From: Desulfosudaceae bacterium
GTDB lineage: Bacteria; Desulfobacterota; Desulfobacteria; Desulfobacterales; Desulfosudaceae
Assembly (NCBI GenBank): GCA_963674745.2
Contig: CAXXDV010000001.1
Coordinates: forward strand, 928,001-992,000
Length of the DNA stretch: 64,000 nt
Direction of reading: 5' to 3'
In this document: positions 8,596 through 18,500 of the stretch, piece after piece
Position numbering within the stretch: the stretch's first letter is position 1
Layout: each line of letters begins with the position of its first letter
Notes under the pieces: model-generated
Database searches by the model: none
Told to the model about the DNA's origin: nothing
The model's input: only the letters and a program-made list of their open reading frames with translations
Program-made: the position numbers and the translations under genes

Positions 8596-10677
8596 ATGAC
8601 CAAAGACAAAGAAAAACGGTTCCCCCGCCTGGCCAGACAACTCCGTGAATCAGACGATGCGTCCGCGCTGGAAAAAGGGGTTGCCGACCTCCTCTCCGCC
8701 ATGACCCTGGGCGAAAAAATCGCGCAGATGTCCGGTAACGCGACATTATTCGACTTGGGCATTATGCTGGTCCGTTATAACCTGAAGACTTACAATTCAG
8801 GAGAGAACAAACGCCTGGGCATCCCGGCCATAAGGTTTACCGACGGTCCCCGCGGCATCACCGTGGGCAATTCGACCTGTTTTCCCGTATCCATGGCCCG
8901 GGGCGCCACCTGGGACCCGGCCCTTGAAGAAAAGGCCGGCAACGTCATGGGCACCGAAGCCAGGGCCCAGGGCGCCAATTTTTTCGGCGGTGTGTGTATC
9001 AATGTACTGCGACATCCCGGTTGGGGAAGAGCCCAGGAAACGTTCGGGGAAGACCCGCACCTGTTGGGGGAAATGGGCTCGGCCGCCATCCGGGGCGTCC
9101 AACCGCATGCCATGACCTGCGCCAAGCATTTTGCCTGCAACAGCATCGAAGAATCCCGGTTTTACGTGGATGTTCATATCGACGAGCAGGCCCTGCGTGA
9201 AGTCTATCTGCCTCATTTTAAAAAATGCGTTGACGCCGGTGCCGACTGCGTCATGAGCGCCTATAACCGCGTCAACGGCGAGTATTGCGGTCACAATGAA
9301 CACCTCCTGGCCGGCATTTTAAAAAACGAGTGGGACTTTAGCGGCTTTGTCATGTCTGATTTCTGCTACGGTGTTTATGACGCCCGGGACGGGGTCACGG
9401 CCGGCCTGGACATGGAAATGCCGGACACCAAATGTTACGGCAAAAAGCTTCGGAACCTGGTCGAACAAGGACAGATTCCGGAGGCGATCATCGACCGGGC
9501 AGTGACGCGGATTCTTGGCGCAAAGCTCAAATTCGCCCTTCGTGATCAGTCGGCCGCTTACACAAAAGACAAGATCGCCTGCCCCGGGCATACCCGCCTG
9601 GCTTACGAGGTGGCCTGTAAAAGCATGGTCCTGCTGAAAAACGACCACCACGCGCTTCCCCTGGACCGGACAAAAATCAAGCGCATCGCCGTACTGGGCC
9701 GCCTGGCCGACAAAGCCAACCTGGGGGACAAGGGCAGCAGCCTTGTCCGCCCGCCATACGTGGTGACACCGCTCGAAGGCATTAAAAACAAAGCCGGCAA
9801 AGACATCACCGTTCTGTCTTATACCGGTAATGATCCGACCCGGGCCGCGCAGACAGCCGCAAAGGCCGATGCAACGGTGATCGTGACCGGGCTGACCAGC
9901 CGACAGGAAGGGGAGTATTTCCCGCGCATCCGGGGCGGCGACCGCCTTGACCTTGGCCTTGACGAACAGGACATTAAACTGATCCATGCGGCCTGTAAAC
10001 AGGGCGGCCCCTGCATCGTCATACTCCAGGGCGGCTCGGCCATTAGCATGGAGGACTGGAAAGACGACGTCAGCGCCATCCTTATGGCATGGTATCCGGG
10101 CATGGAAGGCGGCCACGCCACGGCGGACATCCTCTTTGGCGATGTCAACCCCGGCGGCCGGTTACCGATCACCTTTTTCAAGTCAGAAGACCAGCTTTTC
10201 CCGTTTGACAAAAAAGCCCGAACCGTGACCTATGATCTCTATCACGGTTATCGTTACGCGGATCGAAACAGAATCGAACCGGCCTTTTATTTCGGGTTCG
10301 GACTGAGCTATACGCAGTTTTCATATTCAGACCTGGACCTTGTCGACGACACCCTTTCCTTGGACGGCACACTCAAGGCCAGGGTGGCTGTCACCAATAC
10401 CGGGCAAAAGGCAGGAGATGAAGTGACCCAGCTGTATATTCAATACCCGGCCGCGGATGTGCCCCGACCGGTCAAGGAGTTAAAAGCCTTTAAGCGGACT
10501 TCACTTTCTCCCGGAGAAACGAAAACCGTGGAGTTGACGATTTCCGTCAGCGATCTGGCTTATTATTCAACCGCCGACAAAAACTGGAAGGTTGCACTGG
10601 GGGAATACACTGTCCGGGTCGGGCCTTCGTCCAATCCGGACGATCTGAGACTGTCACGGACATTTATTGTACACTGA
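8596..10677 (+). CDS. GH3 beta-glucosidase/beta-xylosidase (no signal peptide)
   Basis: DGPRG, GRAQETFGEDP, AKHF, VMSDF nucleophile, FGFGLSYT and an Fn3-like tail. Confidence 0.95.
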   Translation: MTKDKEKRFPRLARQLRESDDASALEKGVADLLSAMTLGEKIAQMSGNATLFDLGIMLVRYNLKTYNSGENKRLGIPAIRFTDGPRGITVGNSTCFPVSMARGATWDPALEEKAGNVMGTEARAQGANFFGGVCINVLRHPGWGRAQETFGEDPHLLGEMGSAAIRGVQPHAMTCAKHFACNSIEESRFYVDVHIDEQALREVYLPHFKKCVDAGADCVMSAYNRVNGEYCGHNEHLLAGILKNEWDFSGFVMSDFCYGVYDARDGVTAGLDMEMPDTKCYGKKLRNLVEQGQIPEAIIDRAVTRILGAKLKFALRDQSAAYTKDKIACPGHTRLAYEVACKSMVLLKNDHHALPLDRTKIKRIAVLGRLADKANLGDKGSSLVRPPYVVTPLEGIKNKAGKDITVLSYTGNDPTRAAQTAAKADATVIVTGLTSRQEGEYFPRIRGGDRLDLGLDEQDIKLIHAACKQGGPCIVILQGGSAISMEDWKDDVSAILMAWYPGMEGGHATADILFGDVNPGGRLPITFFKSEDQLFPFDKKARTVTYDLYHGYRYADRNRIEPAFYFGFGLSYTQFSYSDLDLVDDTLSLDGTLKARVAVTNTGQKAGDEVTQLYIQYPAADVPRPVKELKAFKRTSLSPGETKTVELTISVSDLAYYSTADKNWKVALGEYTVRVGPSSNPDDLRLSRTFIVH

Positions 10678-10796
10678 ATGTGATTAAGTGGTTATGTGGT
10701 TAAGTGATTAAGGAACTGAGAAATCCGCCGGGTGGCACCGGCAACTTGTTGCCGGTGTCCGTGGGACAGGAGAAAAAAAGAAGGGACATACCCATC

Positions 10797-12326
10797 ATGA
10801 CAGCATATTTTTTGGGTATCGACAGCGGCACCCAATCCACCAAAGCCCTGATCGTGGACGAAACCGGTCAGACAGTCGGCCGGGGCCAGAAAGCATATGA
10901 CCTGATCCAGGGTCTCGGCGCCGGTCACAAAGAACAGCACCCGCAGACATGGATTGACGCGCTTGCGGCAGCGGTCCATGAGGCATTAAAAAATTCCGGA
11001 ATCGATGCCGGACAAATAGCAGCCCTGGGCGTGTCCGGTCAGCAGCATGGATTCGTCCCCCTGGATGCCGAAGGCGAGGTTATCCGCCCGGCCAAGCTCT
11101 GGTGCGATACCGCCACCGCACCCCAGGCGGAAAAAATCGTCAACACTGTCGGCGGCCCGGATGAAATGATACGGCTGACCGGCAACGGCCTGCCGGCCGG
11201 GTTCACGGCTTCCAAAATTCTCTATTTAAAAGAACAGGAGCCGGACAATTATCAACACCTGGCCACGATCCTCCTGCCCCATGACTATATCAACTTCCGG
11301 CTGACCGGGGAAAAGCGCATGGAGTGGGGAGACGCCTCGGGCACCGGCCTGATGAATGTCCGCGCCCGAACGTTCTGTGAACCCGTCATCAACGCCATTG
11401 ATCCGGGTATAAAAAATTTCCTGCCGGATCTTTACCCCTCATGGGAAGCCTGCGGCCGGCTTATCCCGACAGCCGCGGAATTGCTCGGCCTCAAGCCGGA
11501 CATCCTGGTCAGCGCCGGCGGGGGCGACAACATGATGGCCGCCATGGGCACGGGCAATGTGCAACCGGGCATTGTCACCGCCAGCGTCGGTACCTCCGGT
11601 ACCATTTACGCTTTCAACCCCGAACCGGTGATTGATCCCGGCGGAGAGATCGCCGCTTTCTGCGACAGCACCGGCCACTGGCTGCCGCTGCTGTGCGTCA
11701 TGAACGCCACCGTGGCCACCGAACTGGTCAAACAGCTCTTTTCCCTGGCCACCGATGAACTCAACCGCCTGGCCGGACAGGTTCCGCCGGGCGCGGACGG
11801 CTTGATGCTGCTGCCCTATTTCGAGGGTGAACGGGTGCCGGATGTCCCGGACGGTTCCGGCGTCTGGTTCGGCCAGAACCAGACCAATGCCACACCCGCC
11901 CATTTATCGCGGGCCGCCATGGAAGGTGTCGCTCTGGGCATGGGATACGGCCTGGCAAGACTGAAGGACCTGGGCATTGCGCCGACGGAAATCAGGTTGA
12001 CCGGCGGCGGCGGCAACAGCCCGGTGTGGCGACAGATCATGGCCGATGTGTTTCAAACCGGAGTGGTCTGCACCCGCCAGACAGAAAGCGCGGCTTTTGG
12101 CGCGGCCATCCAGGCCGCCTGGACCTGGTATTCGCAAACAGACCGACCGGTTGATATCACCGACATCACAGGTGCCTGGGTCGGCCTTGATGAATCAACC
12201 CGCTGTGCGCCGCACCCGGAATACAGGCCCCTTTATGAAGAGATGCAGGGTTGCCACAACGCGCTTTCCCGATCCACGCGGGATGTTTTTGCCCGCCATC
12301 ACCGCCTGTTTTCTTCACAGGAGTAA
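10797..12326 (+). CDS. xylB: xylulokinase (FGGY family)
   Basis: GIDSGTQSTK, SGQQHG, LWCD, GGGDN, GTSGT and GERVP motifs. Confidence 0.92.
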   Translation: MTAYFLGIDSGTQSTKALIVDETGQTVGRGQKAYDLIQGLGAGHKEQHPQTWIDALAAAVHEALKNSGIDAGQIAALGVSGQQHGFVPLDAEGEVIRPAKLWCDTATAPQAEKIVNTVGGPDEMIRLTGNGLPAGFTASKILYLKEQEPDNYQHLATILLPHDYINFRLTGEKRMEWGDASGTGLMNVRARTFCEPVINAIDPGIKNFLPDLYPSWEACGRLIPTAAELLGLKPDILVSAGGGDNMMAAMGTGNVQPGIVTASVGTSGTIYAFNPEPVIDPGGEIAAFCDSTGHWLPLLCVMNATVATELVKQLFSLATDELNRLAGQVPPGADGLMLLPYFEGERVPDVPDGSGVWFGQNQTNATPAHLSRAAMEGVALGMGYGLARLKDLGIAPTEIRLTGGGGNSPVWRQIMADVFQTGVVCTRQTESAAFGAAIQAAWTWYSQTDRPVDITDITGAWVGLDESTRCAPHPEYRPLYEEMQGCHNALSRSTRDVFARHHRLFSSQE

Positions 12327-12333
12327 CAGCGTT

Positions 12334-12495
12334 TTACTTCTTTTTCGCGACCACCCATACGCCGTGAACAATACCGGGGATATAACCGAGTAACGTCAAA
12401 ATAATATTGATCCAGAAATGTTTCCCAATACCAACCTGCAGAAACACGCCCAAAGGCGGCAGAATGATGACGCAGATAATTTTTAATATCTCCAT
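12334..12495 (-). CDS. yqaE: YqaE/Pmp3 family small membrane protein (53 aa; not in the ORF track)
   Basis: Manual translation MEILKIICVIILPPLGVFLQVGIGKHFWINIILTLLGYIPGIVHGVWVVAKKK; GGAG RBS. Confidence 0.9.
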   Translation of the reverse strand: MEILKIICVIILPPLGVFLQVGIGKHFWINIILTLLGYIPGIVHGVWVVAKKK

Positions 12496-12560
12496 AACCC
12501 GCTCCCTTTATTATTGCCGTTGATTTTGAATGTTCCGACACTGCACATGGCAGGGCGTTC

Positions 12561-13025
12561 TTACTTTAGCCTGAAACTCCTTACGCATCTTAGCAATTCA
12601 CCTGAAACATTTTTCCACTGGGATTCACCGGCAGTCGCGGTCACAACAAACATGTTGCCGCCTTTTTTTTGAGCAACGCCGTACCAGTGCAGCAAACGGT
12701 TCTGAATTTTCCCGGTATATTCAAAAACTACCTTATCGGTGACAAAACTTTGTTGAATCTTTTTAAACCCCACCCGGCCAAACTGAGCCTCGGTCATGTC
12801 TGCGAATGACTTCAGGCTGTCCGGATATTCTTTTACGGACACATTGATGTTCGGCGCGAACCCGTCCGATACCGGCAGCAGCATTATCAGCATCCGGCGG
12901 CTTGAGTCGTATTGCACATTGCCGATTGAATTGATCGAGAACTGATCGTTTTCATATGCCCAGGCAGCATAAGAAACACCAAACAGCAACAGAACCATCA
13001 CTGAAATTCTGAAACACCTCTTCAT
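12561..13025 (-). CDS. secreted PsbP/DcrB-like protein
   Basis: Signal peptide ending AWA; FAPNINV and VVTATA patterns; GGAGG RBS before MKRCF. Confidence 0.6.
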   Translation of the reverse strand: MKRCFRISVMVLLLFGVSYAAWAYENDQFSINSIGNVQYDSSRRMLIMLLPVSDGFAPNINVSVKEYPDSLKSFADMTEAQFGRVGFKKIQQSFVTDKVVFEYTGKIQNRLLHWYGVAQKKGGNMFVVTATAGESQWKNVSGELLRCVRSFRLK

Positions 13026-13094
13026 AAATCCTCCCCGCCTGGAAATCGGCATCTGTAAATTTACAAATATTTTCTTTAACAGGCTAAACACCGC

Positions 13095-13511
13095 TTAGTT
13101 TGTATTGGCCTGTCCGGCAGAATGAAAATCAACCTTCACGGACGATTTGATCTGGAGGAGGGACTGCTGGTGAAACTTTTTTGCGTATGCCTGAGCAATG
13201 GCGTTTAATTTATCCTCCGTGCCTTCGGTGTCAGGCGCGACCACGATCATGACCCGGGAAGGCTCACGATATGTTTCCGCACCACTTCGCCAGAAACCAT
13301 TGGCGGGAATCACCGTAAAACCGTCAGGAAACCGTTTTGCGATCTCTTCATCCCGGAACTGGTGCCATTGCCGGTCAGAAACAATTGTTTTACCCGAGTC
13401 CCCGCTGAGCCCGAAACACATCTCGTAACGGGACCATTTGGGCTGAACGGCACAACCAAAAACAAGGCTGGCCGCCAGGAAAAGTACAACTGGTATTATG
13501 GATTGTTTCAT
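13095..13511 (-). CDS. DUF3574-like lipoprotein
   Basis: Lipobox VFG-C; RFPDGFTV and YAKKFHQQS motifs. Confidence 0.8.
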   Translation of the reverse strand: MKQSIIPVVLFLAASLVFGCAVQPKWSRYEMCFGLSGDSGKTIVSDRQWHQFRDEEIAKRFPDGFTVIPANGFWRSGAETYREPSRVMIVVAPDTEGTEDKLNAIAQAYAKKFHQQSLLQIKSSVKVDFHSAGQANTN

Positions 13512-13517
13512 ATCCCT

Positions 13518-13850
13518 TTATTTTCCTGCCGGCAGGTAATCCGCTCTTACAGGGGAAAACACTTCAATCGCCACGGCGTCTTCCAGAATTTCCGCGCCAT
13601 GCTCGACATTTCCGGGAATGCACCAGCTGTCGCCGGGCGTCACCACATGCTCTTCCGCATCGATAAACAGCCGGATACGACCACTGACAAGATAACCCGT
13701 CTGTTCATGGGGATGGGAATGCTGAGGCAACCGACTGCCTTTTTTCAATACAAATTCGGTCATCAGGGTGTTTTCACCATATACCAGCGTTTTCTGTTCG
13801 ATTCCCGGAACAGCCGGCGTATAACCGACTTTAGTGTGTTTCTGGAACAT
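13518..13850 (-). CDS. cupin domain protein
   Basis: [10 protein letters not shown]...PGNVEH...FSPVRADY. Confidence 0.92.
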   Translation of the reverse strand: MFQKHTKVGYTPAVPGIEQKTLVYGENTLMTEFVLKKGSRLPQHSHPHEQTGYLVSGRIRLFIDAEEHVVTPGDSWCIPGNVEHGAEILEDAVAIEVFSPVRADYLPAGK

Positions 13851-13880
13851 TTACTTTCCCGAATATTTATCGAATGCCCT

Positions 13881-13909
13881 GACTGTCTTTTTGAGCTTCC
13901 TTGTTGACC
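13881..13909 (-). other. truncated terminal attC (R''-L'' half only)
   Basis: Minus strand GGTCAAC just after the vapC stop, nearly complementary to the cassette start GTTGGCC; no second arm. Confidence 0.55.
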
Positions 13910-13911
13910 TA

Positions 13912-14295
13912 TTATTTCTTATAGGCGGGTTTTAAGCCGGCAAACATTGGATAATGATTTACATTAAGGGTTTTTAACTCGGCTTTTTCTGCGTCAGCTG
14001 TTGCAGCCAGGATGGCGTCCGCAAGCCCTATACCATGAGACTTGCCATAATCACGTTTGTAAAGTCCGCCTGTTTTTGCAATTTCAGCAGTCAAAGGCAC
14101 AACACGAAACAAGGAGATAAAATTCTCTAATACAAATAGCTCCGTATCGCCTTTTACACCAGCATACAATTCGGCAACAACAATTGGAGAGAGGATTAAT
14201 CGAGAAGAAAATTTATTTACAAACGCAACGGCCTTTTCTTGACCACGTAAAAAATCAACCAGCACATCAGTGTCAACAAGGATTGATTTTGGCAT
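13912..14295 (-). CDS. vapC: PIN-domain toxin VapC
   Basis: LVDTDV, AELYAG, GLADAILAATA and TLNVNHY PIN motifs. Confidence 0.95.
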   Translation of the reverse strand: MPKSILVDTDVLVDFLRGQEKAVAFVNKFSSRLILSPIVVAELYAGVKGDTELFVLENFISLFRVVPLTAEIAKTGGLYKRDYGKSHGIGLADAILAATADAEKAELKTLNVNHYPMFAGLKPAYKK

Positions 14296-14297
14296 AA

Positions 14298-14531
14298 TTA
14301 TTCTCTATCCCAATCTGACCTTAAGGCCCTGAAGGGAGGAAGATCTTTACGATTTTTCCAGATTCCAGCAGCCTCTTGTAATGCTGTTTTTTTCCGATTT
14401 TGCCCGGCCTGGTCGATAAGTCGATCAATTGCCTCGCGGATGAGCTCACTCTGTTTTTTACCAAGATCCCTTGCAATAACAGATAGTTCAGCCCGCTGTT
14501 TATCTGTCAGGTACACTTGTGTTCGAATCAT
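14298..14531 (-). CDS. vapB: CopG/RHH antitoxin (VapB)
   Basis: RTQVYL...SELIREAID ribbon-helix-helix directly upstream of vapC. Confidence 0.9.
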   Translation of the reverse strand: MIRTQVYLTDKQRAELSVIARDLGKKQSELIREAIDRLIDQAGQNRKKTALQEAAGIWKNRKDLPPFRALRSDWDRE

Positions 14532-14548
14532 ATTGCACCTCCACTGAA

Positions 14549-14588
14549 GTATACATTACACATATACATTAAAATGACATTTTGTCAA
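14549..14588 (-). promoter_or_regulatory. cassette-internal vapBC promoter/operator
   Basis: TTGACA immediately after R'; overlapping palindrome TGACA-AAA-TGTCA; two AATGTATA direct repeats. Confidence 0.55.
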
Positions 14589-14677
14589 GGCCAACGGTTA
14601 AGGTCACTTGCGCCGCCAAAGAACTTGATCGTGAGGCCGCAGACGTGCTCGGAGTCAAGTGGACCGCCTGGTTCGGC
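14589..14677 (-). other. attC site (intact, 89 bp)
   Basis: GCCGAAC-CAGGC-GGTCCACTTGACTCCG...CGGCGCAAGTGACC-TTAACC-GTTGGCC, with the canonical extra C and A on the R'' arm. Confidence 0.9.
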
Positions 14678-14679
14678 TG

Positions 14680-14895
14680 TTATTTATGAACGTCCCTTTG
14701 AGGGAATGGTATAGTTAGTCCGGCGGCTTCAATCTGTTCATTTATCTTTTTGTTTGCATCCCAATAGACGTCCCAGTAATTTTCAACGCTGGCCCACGCC
14801 CTTAACTGCAAATTCACCGAGCTGTCTGCCATAGCCTGTACCATCATTTTGGGTGCTGGTTCAGCCAGAAATCGTGGTTCATTCTGAATAACAGA
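14680..14895 (-). pseudogene. mscS: 3' fragment of an MscS mechanosensitive channel cassette
   Basis: Manual translation ...EPAPKMMVQAMADSSVNLQLRAW...YWD...GLTIPFPQRDVHK*; the 5' part is missing. Confidence 0.85.
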
Positions 14896-15179
14896 AATAG
14901 TAATGATATAGTCGGCCTGTCTTTTGTCCCGTTTTTTGATTTTGTGGAGATTTAAGGTTGTTATTAAATAAAATCACATCATTTCGAAGAAATCAACGAT
15001 ATCTGTTGTTATCAAACCATTATAAGAATTATAAAGATCGTCGCTTCTACCACGAAAACGGCCCGCCTAGCTATGGTTTTTGGGAAAGATTATTGAGACC
15101 CGGCAACCCTTCTTATCATAACCGGATTTTTATAATAAATTAATGTGATATAGCTTAGAAACCTTTGACTTCAACAAGC

Positions 15180-15324
15180 CCGGTTATTTCACGAGTCGAG
15201 TTTGCCGCAGATGCGAGGCGCAGTATGCGAAGCCGTAGTGAACTACTGCGAGCATGCTGCAACAAAGCAGGTGCGGTGAAATCGGCTCGCCCGGAGGGTG
15301 AATTTTTTGATATAAATTGACCGG
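15180..15324. repeat. long imperfect hairpin / MITE-like element
   Basis: Nested inverted repeats across 15192-15289 plus outer CCGGTTATTT / AAATTGACCGG. Confidence 0.55.
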
Positions 15325-15525
15325 ATTCCTTCAAAATAACAATTACAGTTTGCATTTTGTCTAAACGGATAAAATATGACATAACATATTGAAATATAAT
15401 CATAATAAATTCAATATCAAAAAATCTCATGAAATATCGGGCTAGCTGCTCTGACACAAAAATATATACATACCATATAATATATACTATTAATTGTTCA
15501 GGGACTTAATCTGAAGCGGGAAATC

Positions 15526-18500
15526 ATGCAATACCTTCAAAAAACATTTAATTTGCTTCACTATACCTGTCTACGGATTGCTGTAATTATTTGTTTAGTT
15601 GCCTTGATTGGTTTTTATGGGTGTGGTGGCGGGAGTCACAGTTCATCCTCAACTCCCGGGGATGGGGATAATGGCAGCGATGAATCACCAACAGTGCAAG
15701 AAGGCGTGCTCATCGATAGTCCAGTAAAAGGTTTGAATTTTAAAACAAACTCTCAGGCGGGTATTACAGATGATAATGGTACTTTTTTATATTTGAATGG
15801 TGAAACGATCGAGTTTTTACTGGGTAGCCTTTCTTTGGGACAGACGATTGGTAAATTGCAACTATCTCCGATTGATCTCATAAACAGCATTGAAGGCGAC
15901 ACCAACCCTGCTGTAGTGAATATCTGCCGACTTTTACAGTCTCTTGATAGTGATAATAACCTGGATAACGGAATCCAGATTGATCCGCAGGTCATAAATC
16001 AAATTAACGGCCTGCAGACAGCTTTTAATTTTGACGCAGATTTTTTTTATGATGATGAGAATGTTCAAGCACTTTTTGATGCATTGAATGATGCCGGCGT
16101 CTTTGCTAATGGTCCCCGTAAATTAAAATCCAAGGCGCAAGCCATCACTCATTTACGAAAGAGTTTGGGTTTAGACGAATGTTCTCCTTGTGAAGGCAAG
16201 GTCAGCGAGTTGACCTTACAATATAATGGGCGTTCTAACCCCCGGGTTAAAATTGTACAAGAAGACGGAGAAGTGGTTTTTGATGGTGCGGTTTCTCCCA
16301 GTGAACAGTTTACTATTGCCGGCCGGGACGACAAAGGGACATTGAGTCCGTGGGTTATGGTTTATATAAATAATATTGAACAGTCCCAAGTCCATACCAG
16401 TTGTTCTGTCCCGATAGGGCCCGGACTGATTATCGGTGATTTTGAAATTATTTCCGGTTTCAGTCGTAATGGCGGTCCGCTTTGTCCGGTAGCTGAAGAT
16501 GATACCGGGGATAATGGTGATAACGACATTGATGGTGATAACGATCAACCGAACACATATTATCTTGATGCTGATGGAGACGGATACGGTAATCCCGGAA
16601 CTTACACTCAGGCAGTAACCGCGCCGGCCGGGTTTGTAAGTGACAACACGGACTGTAATGATAATGATGCAACCATAAATCCAGGCGCCGATGAGGTCTG
16701 TGGGGATGATATCGACAATAACTGTGACAATACGCTTGATGACGGTTGTGCATATTATTATCAGGATGCAGATCAAGACACTTATGGTGATTCCACAATG
16801 AGTGTTTTTGGATCTTCTGCGCCAGCGGGCTATGTGGACGACGGTACAGACTGCAATGACGAAAATTCCAATATCAATCCGGGCGCGACTGAAATTTGTG
16901 ATGGATTAGACAATGATTGTGATGGATTCATAGATGAGGGATGCCGTTATTATTACCGGGATTCGGATGGCGATGGATACGGTAATCCTGCGATAGTTAC
17001 TTTTGCACGTTTTGCTCCGGCTGGATATGTAATCAACGACACAGACTGCGATGATACTGATATAACGGCTTATCCCGGCGCAGATGAACTCTGTGACGGG
17101 AAAGACAACAACTGTGACGGTATAATTGATGAGCCGGCGGCGGGAACGGCGGATGTGACATTTGCCGGTCTTCTTGAAGAGATGGTCAATCGCGAAGGCT
17201 TCATGCTGAATACAGCGCCGGAATACACGTCGGCCATGTTCAGCAGTTATGACAGGGGCTCAATCCCGGAAGGGCGTGATAATTTGGATTTTTGCCAGTA
17301 CGTTCGCCAGGAGTTGATTGACGGCAGGAACGAGTGGGTCATGTTTGACCATGAGGGACCGGGGGCGGTGGTGCGTATCTGGCTGACCGCGCCATTATAC
17401 CAGGGTACCATCCGGATTTATCTGAATTCTTCAGACACGCCGGTCATTGAAGGCGCACCGGACGATATTGTGGGAAAACAGGCGCTGGTGGGAAGCCCCC
17501 TGTCCGCGGAACGCTCCCTCGGGATGAATCTCTATCTGCCGATTCCGTATGCCTGTCACTGCAAGATCACCTATGACGGCAACAACTGTTTTGAGACCTT
17601 AGACCCGGATGACCTCTTTTATTACCAGATCAACTATCGTACCTATGCAGCGGGTACCACGGTTCAATCGTTCTCCATGGACGATCTTACGACCTATGGC
17701 ACGGAAATTCAGAACGCTCAGGACCATCTGTCCACACCGTCAATGTCTGTTTCCGCACCGGACAGAACCATCAGCGGCACTCCGGGGATTGTGCTGGACC
17801 CCGGCGAAACGTTTGAACAGCCGGTTTCAGGCCCCGGGGCCATCACCCGGTTGCAAATCTCTTTAGACAGTGCCGCAGACGTAGATCAAGCCTTGCGGTC
17901 AACGGTTCTGGCGATCGATTTTGACGGTGTTACCAGGGTCTGGAGCCCTGTCGGCGACTTTTTCGGCTCGGGTCCGGGACGTTATCCTTATGTCACATGG
18001 TGGCAGGAAGTGTCCGGTGATAACACGATGACGTCACGATGGGTCATGCCGTTTCAGGCAACGGCCGTCATCCGGTTCATCAATCTCGGCAGCCAGCAGG
18101 TTACGGTTTCTCTGAAGGATACAGCGGTGATAGACGATGCCTGGCGGGAGGGGTATTCCATGTATTTTCATGCCACATGGCACAGCCAGCGCAATATCCC
18201 GGTTACAGCGTTTACAGGCAGTGATTGGAATTATGTGACCATCAGCGGGAAGGGCCTGTATATGGGGGATACCCTTACGGTATATAACCGTGCTTCTGTA
18301 TGGTGGGGAGAGGGAGATTCCAAGATATGGGTGGATGGCGATACATTCCCGTCATTTTTCGGGACCGGAACCGAGGATTATTACGGATATGCGTTCTGCG
18401 GGGATGGCGGTACTTATGAGGCGCCGTTTCATGCCCAGCCCCGGGGAGAGGGCGATTCGGATAACATCGGCTATACCACAAACACGCGCACACGCAGCCT

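Noticed and set aside
12334..13850. Four small minus-strand genes as further cassettes
   Set aside because: Spacers are short and contain no attC-like hairpins or R boxes
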